From positions 2,728,001 through 2,792,000 of the forward strand of contig NC_089432.1 of NCBI RefSeq assembly GCF_026210795.1: 64,000 nucleotides of DNA, in the 5' to 3' direction. Numbering within the stretch: the first letter of the stretch is position 1; every line of letters starts with the position of its first letter. Below, piece by piece: positions 14,331 through 26,644 of the stretch. Source of the stretch: Rhizophagus irregularis (taxonomy: Eukaryota). The notes below the pieces were generated by a model. It worked only from the letters and a program-made list of their open reading frames with translations, had not been told where the DNA came from and searched no databases. The position numbers and the translations under genes were made by a program.

Positions 14331-16177
14331 TCAACACCCAGTCTTGAATTTAGATACAACATCAAATTAATAATTTAAAGGTTCAAACTATTGATAATAT
14401 TAATCCAATTGTCAAAATTATCAGTATTGCATATTCTGTATTAACAGATTATAATGATGTTATTTTATCCTAATTAATATTACTTTCAGAAAAAGAATGT
14501 AATAATTTAATGACCTCAATAAGAATCCTGTTAAAAAATAGATTAATTGGCAATTTGTTATTTTAATTAGAAAATTAATTGGAAATACTCTATTAAACTT
14601 TATTATGGACTTCAACTATTTGGATTTGATATTAAACCTTTATATAATATATATTTATAAATTATTATACAAGCTACAAAAGTTAATAAGTATCTTAAGG
14701 ATATCACATCATGGTCACAACAAAATAAACAAATCAATAGTTTCAATTCTTTTTAGATATAATCTAAATCCTTTTGAAATCTCCAACACTATCTGCATCA
14801 ATTCTTTTTAGGAGTATTTTCCAAGCAATTTTATTTCAAACATTGTACTGTTTTTTCTTTGGTATAAAAGGAAAATGAAGTTTATCAAGAAAAAAAATAA
14901 CTATTTTGTTATTTTGAATTATGTTTAGATCTTAAAAAATTGATAAAAAAAGAATAATACTCCCTTATTTAAGGCATGTGATGACTAAAGATGTATTATT
15001 GTCGAAAGAAAATCATAATTGTGACGTAAGATCATTGTGTATTTTAACACAACAATTCGATTTCAGATTTTTATGGGAAATTGCCAGTATGTTTGGAAAA
15101 AAGTTACAGTTATTAATTATAAAAAAAAAAAACCTTTAAAATACAAGCATTCATTTTTAGTTAAATTGAAATAGTAGATACACTAGTATAAATTTAGCTA
15201 GAGAATTACCGCCAATTAATTTAAAACATTCATGTTTAGAATGTTTATTTATTGCATTCCATGATTATCCTAATTTCGACCTCAAAATGGTCGAAATGGT
15301 CGAAATTAATTCGACTTTAGACACCCAAAAGTCGAAATGGCTACTATGGATGTGTGAGAAATAATTATTCTTTTTTATAAATTCATGTCGTCACAATGTT
15401 TCAATTTGATGTGGTAGCAATATTCCATGAAATTTCCATGATTTCTATGGAAGTAACATTCAAAAAGGCAGTTAATTGTAAAATATAAATTAACAAATTC
15501 TTCTGAATAACCAATTATATCGTGGAGGAATAGGACACCATTTCTTAAAAGCCAATAACCCTAAGATGGGTGACTCCTTTAATCCCTCTAAACCTATATA
15601 TGCTGTATTAATCTTAACCATACCAAATAGGACTAAAGTATTTTTTTTAAAAAAAAAATTAGTAATGCTTTTCTAGGATTGATGTTGTATTTAAAATAGA
15701 AATATTAATAGAATATAATTATATCCTAATAAATTTTATATGTTTTTAATCATTTTGTTATTTAAAAAATGCTTGTTTATTAAAATGTAAAAAAAATAAT
15801 GAAATTTTTGTAATATTAATTTGGCAACCAGTAATCAGAATTTCCAGAATTTACCAATCTACAGTTCATTAAATTCATCTTTTCAAGGTGAAAATAATTG
15901 CAGTATTATTTTCATATCCTTAAAATTGATGATACTGTTTTTAAACATTTTGCAAATAATTTCTGATCCATCAATCTTAGAAACATGAAAATTTGTGATT
16001 ACATATATCTTGATACTGATTAATAAATATTAAATTCTGATCTCTGATTGATTGTTAAGATAATAATGAACATTTTCCAGAGCTACCCGGGTACTTTTGA
16101 AGGTAGATGTTAAATTCTTTAAACACCATGAAAAAAAGTATATATAAAATATATTAAAAAATTTATTACTATACAAT

Positions 16178-18270
16178 TTAATTCTTTAAATTAATTAATT
16201 CATCAAATTTATTTTGAGCTTTTTGAAATCCTTGTTTAGCAGATTTTTCATATAAATAAATTGCATGATTTATATCCTTTTTAACATCTTTTCCACTTTC
16301 ATACATAGAAGCAAGATTATATTGAGCTAAATAATTTTCTAAATTTGCAGCCTTTTGATATAATTCAAAAGCTTTTTGTTTATCAACATCAATTCCAAAT
16401 CCACAAAAATAACAATTTCCTAAATTAGTCATTCCAGGTGTATTTCCTAAATTTGCAGCCTTTTGAAATAATTCAAAAGATTTTTGTTTATTAATAGTAG
16501 TTCCAATTCCTTCTCTATAACAATTTCCTAGATTAAATGTTCCAATTGCACTTCCTAAATTTGCAGCCCTTTTGAATAAATCAAATGCTTTTTGTTTATT
16601 AATACTAGTACCAATTCCATTTATATAACAATGGGCCAAACTAGTTATTCCAAGTAAATTTTCAGTATTTGCAGCCATTTGATATAATTCATATGCCTTT
16701 TGTCTATCAACATTAGTTTCAATTCCAAAATGATAAAATACTCCAAGTAAAAAAACATAACTAGAATTATCTTGACAATCTAATAACCAATAATAAATTT
16801 CTTGTGAATCTATATCGTGATTATTAAGATAATTAACAATTGCACTTTTTCTCATTTTTACATCTGTATTTTCAAGAAAAAGAATTATATTATTAACCAC
16901 CAAGTTAAAGTTATTTATAATTAGATTTGACATTAAAGGTTCTATTTCTTTTATATTATTCCTACTAAAATTTTGAACAATTTGAGACATTTTCTCATTT
17001 AATGGATTATCATTATTTAATCTAAACAGCTGATTTCTTGATAATTGGATGTCTGAATTATAATCATTTTGTTGAAAATCTGAAATAATTGCATTTAATT
17101 TTGCAACAACCTGGTTGATAGTTGGACGATTATCTGGCTCATTATTCCGACATTCTAAATAAAAAATAAACTTTAATTAATCAAATCATTATAATATCAT
17201 CATTAGATTTAATTGTATTTACCACAATATATTTTTACATAGTCATCTGGTGTATTAGGAATAGGCTTCTCCCCTCGTAATATTTCCACAGCCAAACCAA
17301 CATCATATGTTTCATCACAAAAAGGTGGCCGTCCACTAGAGATTTCCCATAGGAGTAAGCCAATACTGTAAACATTACTTTTTTTGTTTAATGAATATAA
17401 TTGTAATTGACTAAATGTTTGTGGATCAACATTAGTATATAATTTTGATTGAATATTATATGATTCTTCAATTCTTTTTGATAATCCAAAACCAGTCAAT
17501 TGGATGGTGTTCTTATGAACTAGTATATTATTGGAATTCTATTATTATTAAAGGAACAAAATAAAATAATTGTTTTAGGTACAAAATCTTAATTAAATTT
17601 TTTAAATTATATTTTAACTTACCAAATCATGATGTACGATTTCTTTATCATGTAAATATGATATAGCATTAGCTAATTGAAGTGCCAAATTTAACTTATT
17701 ATTCCAAGTGAGGTATTCTAAGTGTTCACTTAAGTAGTTTCGAAGGGTGCCGCTATCAGCATATTCCATCACTAGCAAATATTTTTTTGAATTATCACTT
17801 TGGATTTCTTTTGAAAGAAAAATTATTTTAGTTATTTTTTTTTTCATTTATTAAAAAAAAATTTAAATATTCATAATACCCGTTGTAATTCCATAAAAGC
17901 GAATAATATTTTCATGAAAATCTACTTCACGTTGAAGTTTAAACTAAACCATAAAATAGAATTGTGAATTAGAAACATAGTGTAAAGTAGTAGTACGTTA
18001 TATAAACAGAAAATCTTAATCATATATTATAATTACTTCATTAACAATTTCTTTGGTCATGTTGTTAAAATTAAAAAAAGACTTCAATGCTAAATAACTA
18101 TGAGAATTTTTCAGGTTTGCACGATAAACTTTTCCAAAACTTCCAAAACCAATTTCTTGAATATTATTAAAATGTTTATAGTCATAACATTTAATTTGTT
18201 TGTTCGTAGTAGATTCTTTAATCCAATTAACCCAATCATTTGAATTACCAAATTCAGTGTTACTAGACAT
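16178..18270 (-). CDS. TKL pseudokinase-Sel1 repeat protein B (~591 aa, 5 exons)
   Basis: Exons 18270-18037, 17943-17880, 17807-17623, 17538-17223, 17154-16178 are in frame. Motifs HHDLNSNN, DFG->GFG, shortened activation segment, SNVYS, CW->CR; five Sel1 repeats. Confidence 0.88.
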
Positions 18271-18504
18271 TGTAATAAATATTGTTAAAATATAGAGAAT
18301 TTTTACTGCAGAAATCAATTCATTTAAAAAAAAAAAGAATTTTACGCTATTTATAGAAATTGATATTCTGAAATGTGATACATTCCAAAAAAAAAAATAA
18401 ATTTGTGTAATTTGTAAATCATAAAAAAATTTAGTAAAGAGCAACAATGTTCACGTCATCAGATTGATCATCAAAAGTCAATAAATACACCATCTGGTAT
18501 TATA

Positions 18505-18641
18505 TTTATTAAAAATTTTTTATATAATGCACAATTAGACTTTTTTATAGTTATTAGATCAGGTTAGGGTTTTTTTATTAAAAATTTTTTATATACCGTA
18601 CAATTAGATTTTTTCATAGTTATTAGATCAGGTTAGGGTTT
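18505..18641. repeat. Tandem duplication of ~68 bp upstream of kinase B
   Basis: TTTATTAAAAATTTTTTATATA..ACAATTAGA..ATAGTTATTAGATCAGGTTAGGGTTTT occurs twice. Confidence 0.9.
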
Positions 18642-19293
18642 TGATTGGTTTGGTTGGTTAAACCAATACCAATTGTCTTAACCATATTTTGTAATATTTA
18701 TTGTTACATTTAAAATTTAATTTTTTAATGAGAATGTTTTAATAACTAAAAAAAAAAATTAGCGTATTACATATTAACATATTAACATCTATCTTGTAGC
18801 ATAATAATTTTTGGCAAAATATTATCTAGTAAAACTAGATAAACCACCCGAAGATGAGTCGTCCACTGATAAAGAAAAAAAAAAGGACAAATCAAATGTA
18901 GTATTTTACATTCATTTTTCATTAAATATTGCCCTAAACCATCTATTAATCATTCCATTTATCTTAATTGTAATCCATTGTACATCAAACAATAGTTATA
19001 ATAAATTTGCCTATCGACCACAGTTTTTATTGATTATACTGTATATTTCTCTTATTACTTAGGATTAATTCTAACCAATTATAAAAATTTGCTATTTATC
19101 CGTTTGACCTAATTGACCGTGAATAAATACATTATTTATTTCATTTTTTAATCAAAAAAAAAAAATCACATGCATAAATATTGTGGCGTAGAAATTTGTC
19201 AGCATGAACCTCATTGGAATCTATCTATCTACTGTATATAATTAAAAAAAAGTGTAACGTTTAGATTACGCTTGATCGGCAAGTCATGTTGTA

Positions 19294-20572
19294 CAGTCAC
19301 GTCCGAAAGTGACGCCCGATTTAAAATTAATGCCAAAAATGGCAAAACTTTATTGATTTTCATTAAAATTCACATAAAAAATAATTACTAAAAATGGTTA
19401 ATAATGTGTTGGCCCTCCCCTTGCTTCTAGTACTGCATTTATTCTTTGTGGCATTGAAGCAACAACCTCTTCAAAAATGGAGCAATCCAAATTTTCCCAT
19501 TCTTCACTTAGTGCAACTTTAAGTTCATCCACAGTTCTTGGAAAGACTTTACAACTCTGGATATTGTCCTTTAACTGCTTCCAGATGTTTTCTATTGGAT
19601 TTAGATCGGGAGAATTTGCCGGCCAATCAATAACCACAATTTTATTCTTCTTCAACCAATCCTTGGTTATTTTCGCGGTATGTATGGGTGCATTATCCTG
19701 TTGAAAAATTGCAGCCCTTCCTGTTAACTCATGAACTGTATGCTGAAATGGATACAGATATGAATTTAGGATTCTAATGTAAGTATTTGAATTGATTTTT
19801 TCATTTCCTTCTTTATTTTCATCACAAAAAATTAATGGCCCTTTTATCCCTCCTGCAAAACATCCCCAAACCATGACTGATTTTCGACCACTTTTAAAGA
19901 TAGGTGTCAAGCATTCAGTGTTAAACCTTTCCCCTGTGTGTCTCCAAACTCTTATTTGTCGTGACTGCTTGCCAATCTCAACACTTGATTCATCTGAGAA
20001 AATAACTTGTGCCCAATCATAAGCTGTTTTTTCTTTATATTTCTCACACCAACTAATACGAGCTAATGCATGCTTTTCTGAGATAAAGGGTTTTTTTGCA
20101 GCAACATGGGAATAAATTCCAACACTATGTAATGCTCTTTTAGCAGTTGTAAGGCTGCAATTTAAATCTAATGTATTAATGACTTCATGTAAAGGTTCGC
20201 GTCAATCTTGTGTAACTTTGTTTATGAGTGCATTTTTCTCATTATTATTGAGAGCAGGTGGACGCCCCGATCTAGGTAAATTTTCAGTTTTCCCTGTCTT
20301 CTTATAATTCTTCTTATTGTGGTGGGGTCACGACCCATTTTTCTTGCTATTTGTGCAGGGTTAAAATTCTCCATATATGCTAGTATTTTTCCTTTATCTT
20401 GAGAAGTTAACTCAGTTCTATGTGACATTATTTTTTTAACTTTGCAACGCGTTTATTAGGTTATGAAATTGTGAGAAAAACATTTAAAAATAAAAAAAAG
20501 GGGGTATAAATAATGTAAATTTTGTGTATCGTAACACCATACAAAATCGGGCGTCACTTTCGGACCCGACTG
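19294..20572 (-). mobile_element. Tc1 (DD34E) transposon, 1279 bp, with disrupted transposase
   Basis: 29-bp TIRs CAGTC(AC/GG)GTCCGAAAGTGACGCCCGATTT (2 mismatches), TA on both sides. Confidence 0.95.
19398..20428 (-). pseudogene. Tc1 transposase pseudogene
   Basis: HTH-like N-terminus, GRPP, FSDES, QQDNAPIH-34aa-E (SPDLNPIE). Frameshift near 20305 and in-frame TGA at 20204-20202. Confidence 0.9.
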
Positions 20573-20865
20573 TACATCTAATCTAATTCCGGTTAATGAA
20601 ATTTTAATAGGAATTTTTTAAATACTTTTTTTTTTTTTTGGTTTTTTTCCAACCGATCTAAATTTTTTTTTCCCTCTTCCTTTTTCGGTTTGGTTTTTTT
20701 CTTTCAAACCGAATTTTTTTTTCCCGAATACATTCTTTCACTATTTAGGTTTTGATCAATGATCAAGATCAATGTTGCGGCGCCACATCAATTGCCTTTT
20801 TTCCTGATTCTTATTATTAATAATAATATCATTTTTTTTGTATCAAACTCAATAATAGACTAACA

Positions 20866-22383
20866 TCTATCTTATAATTAAAAAAATTTTGTCTGACGTT
20901 TGGATTAGTCTCTGTATAAATAATTTGAATTGTGTAACTTGAAATCCCATGCCATATAATTAAAACCCGTGACATGCCTCTGCCTGATCTATTTATGATC
21001 AAAAACTATTCGATTCCAACCTTTTTTTAAAAATTTTCAAACTGAAAAAAATTTTTTCTCCCTTTCTTTCAGTTTAGTAGTTTAGTTTTTCAACCTGAAA
21101 AATTTGTTTTTTCTCATTTTTTTCCCGTTTAGGTTTAATTTTTTTCCCAAACTGAAAAAATTATATATTTTTTTATTAAATAATCCCCATTGTTTTTCGA
21201 TCTTTTTTTTTTTAGACCGTATTGTTATTTTTTTAAAAAAAAATCTTTTTTTTCACTCTTTTGGATCGGATTATTGTCCTTTTTTTTCAGAATTTTTTTC
21301 GTACTTATTTTTTTTTTCGGATTGCTTTTTTTTTCAGAAATTTCCCTTTTTTTAAACTGATTTCTTTCTTTATCCTTTTTCTTCACTCCAAATTTTTTTA
21401 AATTTTTTTTATTATTAAATAAAAAATAAAATATTACATTAAATATATTTACTAAATTTATTATTTTTTTAAAAAAAATCAATATAACATATCAGATATA
21501 GGAAAATTGACCGACGTTGATAGAATGATGAGCAAGATTTTTTCAATTAAATTGAACGCTGGATAAATAGTTTGATTTTTCAAATTCATAAAAATCAATT
21601 AATTAATTTAATTAATTATAAAATATGTAAAAATATTAATTTTTTTTGAAGAAATTGTTGATTTAATAATAGATTATTATAACCAAATCTATATCCGAAA
21701 TTCTCTAAATAATCACAATAAAAATTTTTAATTCAAATAGTTTTGGTATTTATTTTATTTGATAAATTATTAATTTAACTAAAGTATAATAATAAATGAA
21801 ATGAATAGATTCTAATACATTTAATTATTCAAATATTTTTCCAAAGTTAATTATAAGTTTAAGATTGACGTAATATAAAATAAGAAATAATTATAAAATT
21901 TATAATTAATTAATGAAAATATTTGTAGTATTTTCATAATATTAAAGTTTTTTCGAAAATACTTCTAAAAAATTAATCAAAAAAAAACGAAAATAACAAA
22001 GGATAGTGCAAAGGAACAAAAAAGATAAGTGGTAATGGAATAAAAATGGAAGGAACGAAAAGTAGTGTAAAAGAATGAAAAAAATGAAAGGAACGAAGAG
22101 GAAATAAAAAACAACAGAAAAAATGAAGGAAGGGAAGAATAAAAAGGGCAAAAGAAATGAAGAGACAAAAAGAAAACAAAAAAATGGTGAAAAGACGAAA
22201 ATGAGATAAACAGGGGACCAAGTAAAAACCAAACCCATAAAATAAAAGAAGAAATAAAGTTAGTAGGGAACGGAAATTACATGTATTAACCATCTTAATT
22301 TACTTAGTATTACGTTATAATACTAAATTTTTCTATTTAAACAAACTCATTGATCCCGGTACGAAGCAACGGGTGACTGCTAG
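20866..22383 (+). mobile_element. Putative non-autonomous Helitron
   Basis: 5' A|TCTATCTTATAATTAAAAAAA; 3' imperfect hairpin CCCGGTACGAAGCAACGGG, then 6 nt, then CTAG|T. A similar 5' end lies at 19220. Interior is low complexity. Confidence 0.5.
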
Positions 22384-22516
22384 TATAAATGAAAATTTTA
22401 CATAAAAAACGTGACACAAATCACACAATGTAGTATAATTTATTATATATCAGATATTACAATTAACTACTATTTTAACAATTCTAATTCTTACACTTTT
22501 TGATTACTACTATTTA

Positions 22517-23838
22517 CAGTTCACGACATAAATATTCGGAATTTTATCACAATATGTAAAAATATAATAAAGTTTATTTTTTTCATTTCAAATTTATTGT
22601 ATTTATAGTTTAAAATGCGCAGATAAACATACGTCAAAAATCAGTAATTTATCGTGTAACCATTTTTTTCTATGACCATGTTAATCCGATCTGACATGCT
22701 ATCTGCTAAATTAAAGAAAACGTTTTGATCAATGTTATCCCATTCCTGCTGAATTATGCCCTGAAAATCATCTCCACTAAGTGATTTTTTTTTCATAATC
22801 CAATTATTGACCCTTTTTTCTACATTCCCTTTGAGAATCGCCCATAGATTCTCGATAGGATTCAGGTCAGGTGAGTTAGCAGGCCAATCAATAACTGAAA
22901 CATCGTTAATCACAAAAAATTGATGGGTAAGCTTTGCAGTGTGTGTAGGTGCGTTGTCTTGCTGAAATTTCCATCCATAACCAGCATGATAAGCATTAGG
23001 AAGTAGTTGGGATTGAAGAATTTCACGGTATTTTGCAGAATTCATGTTTCCTGTAAAAAGTGCAACTCCAATTGGTCCCTGACGGCAAAATGCACCCCAA
23101 ACATGCACTTTGTATGGATGCTTTACCATAGGATGTGATGGACGTGGATTGCCAGCCTTGTAACGCACAATTTGAGTATTACGGAATGTCTGAAATGTAC
23201 TTTCATCTGAAAAAATTGTGTGAGACCAGTCATCTTGGGTATGGTTTAAGGCCCATTGAAGACGAGTTTCAACATGACTTGCCTTAAGAAGGGGAACTGA
23301 TCGTGGCCTACAAACAATATAATTAAGTTTATTTTTGAGAGTACGTTGAACAGTTCGGGTTGATACATTAAGGTCTGGATATAAATTATTCAGCTTTGTA
23401 GTCATTAGAGCTGAAGTTGTAGCATTATCATTTTTAAGAAGACGGCCAAGATATCGACGTTTTTTGGGAGAAAGAACAAGAGGACGACCAGGAATGGGTA
23501 AGTGCTTAACACTTCCTGTTTTTTTTAGACGGTTGACAATATCATATACTGTAGACTTAGGAAAACCAGTTATTTTAATTATTTCGGAGGGTTTTCGTAT
23601 GTTATTGTCCCATAATTCCTTTATGGTTAACCGTTGCATTTCAAATTCCGAAGTGGGCGCCATGAATTTGTTTTGCCACTAATAAAACAATCAGGTGAGA
23701 ATTTTTGTGTTTATATATATATTCTAAAGGGGCTGGTGAATTTCCATTTTAGTTATTATTTTGATTGCACAAGACCTGGTGTGACAGCGCCCCTTTATGC
23801 ACAAAATCAAAAATTCTGGATATTTATGTCGTGAACTG
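22517..23838 (-). mobile_element. Intact Tc1 (DD34E) transposon, 1322 bp
   Basis: 29-bp TIRs CAGTTCACGACATAAATAT(TCG/CCA)GAATTTT with TA target duplication. Confidence 0.97.
22641..23663 (-). CDS. Tc1-family DD34E transposase, 340 aa
   Basis: Uninterrupted ORF with HTH, GRP, FSDES, VWG and QQDNAPTH-34aa-E. Confidence 0.96.
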   Translation of the reverse strand: MAPTSEFEMQRLTIKELWDNNIRKPSEIIKITGFPKSTVYDIVNRLKKTGSVKHLPIPGRPLVLSPKKRRYLGRLLKNDNATTSALMTTKLNNLYPDLNVSTRTVQRTLKNKLNYIVCRPRSVPLLKASHVETRLQWALNHTQDDWSHTIFSDESTFQTFRNTQIVRYKAGNPRPSHPMVKHPYKVHVWGAFCRQGPIGVALFTGNMNSAKYREILQSQLLPNAYHAGYGWKFQQDNAPTHTAKLTHQFFVINDVSVIDWPANSPDLNPIENLWAILKGNVEKRVNNWIMKKKSLSGDDFQGIIQQEWDNIDQNVFFNLADSMSDRINMVIEKNGYTINY

Positions 23839-24526
23839 TAACACTATTTATAGTATCCCCTCCTATATATAAAAAAATTTATCTTAATTTCTGCGAAACT
23901 CCGTGAATATAATACATTTACGGAATAAAAAAAAATACAGAATAAATTTTTAGAGGTATTTTACTGGATATAAAAATTTTACTCTCAATTAGTACTCTCC
24001 CTTGATTCTGGCTAAAACCTTGCTTCATGTACCTCCCTCATATAATACCCGGAATCTCACCACAATTTTTAAATCGGATAAATTGTAAATGATCTGGGTA
24101 CTATATGCTGTGCTATACGGTAATTATTTTTCCCAATTACAATTAAAATAGTAATCCGGTTCATGTGACTATTCATCTGTGAAACATATTAGTTTTGCCA
24201 TGTCAAAAAGTTCATTATAAAAATGAATAATTTTAATTTTACAACTAAAAACTTTATTGTTTACTAAGATAATAATATACAAAGATAAAGTTACTATCCT
24301 TAGATCCATTTATACAATTTACTGTCAATAGGTATATGATTTAATTTAATAATTATTAAAAAGTTAGTCATTTTGTTTGGTTATTACAAAATAAACGTAC
24401 TAAGTAATTAATATTCCATTATATTATTCATATAATGACTACCATGATTTGACTAAACAAACTTCATTTACAGAATAATATGGAAAGCACACTGAAAACT
24501 TATTACTATATAACTAAATAATACTT

Positions 24527-26644
24527 TTAATTGATTAAGTTACTTAAACTATCTTGAGCTTCTTGATATCCTTGTTCTGCAGATTTTTCATACCAATAAA
24601 TTGCTTGGTTTACATCCTTATTAATTCCAACTCCATATTCATACATATTACCAAGATTACACTGGGCCATATAATTTCCTAAATTTGCAGCATTTTGATA
24701 TAGTTCAAATGCCTTTTGCTCATTGACAACAGTTCCAACTCCATTACGATAACAATATGCTAAATTATTTATTCCAAATGAATATTCTAAATTTGCAGCT
24801 TTATGAAATAATTCAAATGCTTTTTGTTCATTAACGCTAGTTCCAATTCCATAAAAGTAACAATTCCCTAGATTATATATTCCATGTACACTTTCTAAAT
24901 TTGAAGCCTTTTTATATAGTTCAAATCCCTTTTGCTCATCAACACTGGCACCAATTCCTTTTATATAACAATATCCTAAACTAGTTATTCCAAATATATT
25001 TCCTAAATCTGCTGCATTTTGATATAGTTCAAATGCCTTTTGTTCATCAACACTAACTTCTATTCCAAAATGATTAAATACTCCAAGTAAAAGAACAGAA
25101 TTAGTATTATCCTGATTATTTAATAACCAATCATAAATTTCTTGTAAAATTATATTATGATCATTAGCATAATTTAAAATTTTACGTTTTCTCATTTTCA
25201 TTTCTATATTGTCAAAAATGATAATTATTTCATTAACAATTATGTCGAAGTTATTCTTTGATGACATCGTTTCCATTTCTTCTGCATTCATATTATCGAA
25301 ATTTTGAATAAATTGAGACATTTCTCCATGCAATGATTCACTAATTATATTGTTAGGCATTTCAACATTATTTTGCTGCTCATTTGGTAATCGGATACTT
25401 TCTTTTTGAGTAATAATTGCATTTATTCTTGCAACAACCTGGTCGATAGTTGGACGATTATCTGGTTCATTATTCCAACATTCTAAATATAAAATAGAAT
25501 TACAATTAATCAATATTATTTAATTATAATTAATAAAATTTAATTGTAAATATTTACCAGTATATATTTTTATGTAATCTTCAGGTGTATTGAGAATGGG
25601 CTTCTCTCTAAGACCTTGTGATATTTCCATAGCTAAACCAACATCGCATGGTTCATTACAAAAAGGTGGACGTCCACTAGAGATTTCCCATAAGAGTATG
25701 CCAATACTGTATATATCACTCTTTTTACTTAATTTATATATTTGTAATTGATTATTGCTATCTCTTTTTCTATTATAAAATTGTGGATCAACATAAGGCA
25801 CCACTCCAAATAATTTTGATTGAATATCAGATGATTCTTCAATCCTTTTTGATAATCCAAAATCAATCAATTTGATGGTATTCTTATGAACTAATATATT
25901 ATTGGAGTGCTATTATTAAATGAACGAATAAAGTAAATAATTATTATATCAGATATATAATCTTATTTAAATTTTATTAAATTATAATTTAAGTAAATAT
26001 CCTACCAAATCACGATGCACTATATCTTCATCATGTAAGCACAATATGGCATTAGCTAATTGAAATGCCAAAGTAAACTTCTCATTCCAAGAGAGATTTT
26101 CAAAGTGTTGGCTTAAATAGTTTCGAAGGGTACCACTATCGGCATATTCCATCACTAGCAAATATTTTTTTGAATCATCACTTTGGATTTCTTTTGAAGG
26201 AAAAAAGTTATTTTAGAATTTTTGTCTCTTTATTAAAATAATACATTTAATATATTTATAATACCGACTTGTTGTAATACCATGAAAGCGAATTATATTT
26301 TCATGAAAATCCACTTCACGTTGAAGTTTAAGCTAAATAAATGATATTATAAATTATGAACGTAATGTACATAGAGTATAATATGTAATGATATATAAAA
26401 ACATTATAGTTACTTCATTAACAATTTCTTTAGCCGTGATATTAAAATTAGTAAAAGATTTCAACGCTAAATAATTATGAGAATTTTTCCAGTTTGCACG
26501 ACACACTTTTCCAAAACCTCCAGAACCAATCTCTCGAATATTTTTAAAATGGTTATAGTCGTAATATCTAATTTGCTTCTTTGCAATAGATTCTTCAATC
26601 CAATTAATCCACTCATTAGAATTATTAGCAACGTTGTCAGACAT
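24527..26644 (-). CDS. TKL kinase-Sel1 repeat protein C (~595 aa, 5 exons), canonical motifs
   Basis: Exons 26644-26414, 26332-26269, 26190-26006, 25909-25558, 25482-24527. Motifs GSGGFG, ALK, HRDLHSNN, DFG, GVVPYVDP, SDIYS, CW; five Sel1 repeats. Confidence 0.92.

Noticed and set aside
21104..22293. Phe- or Lys-rich ORFs
   Set aside because: Products of poly-T/poly-A low-complexity sequence inside a repeat.
19477..23834. Short plus-strand ORFs over the transposases
   Set aside because: Antisense to Tc1 coding sequence.
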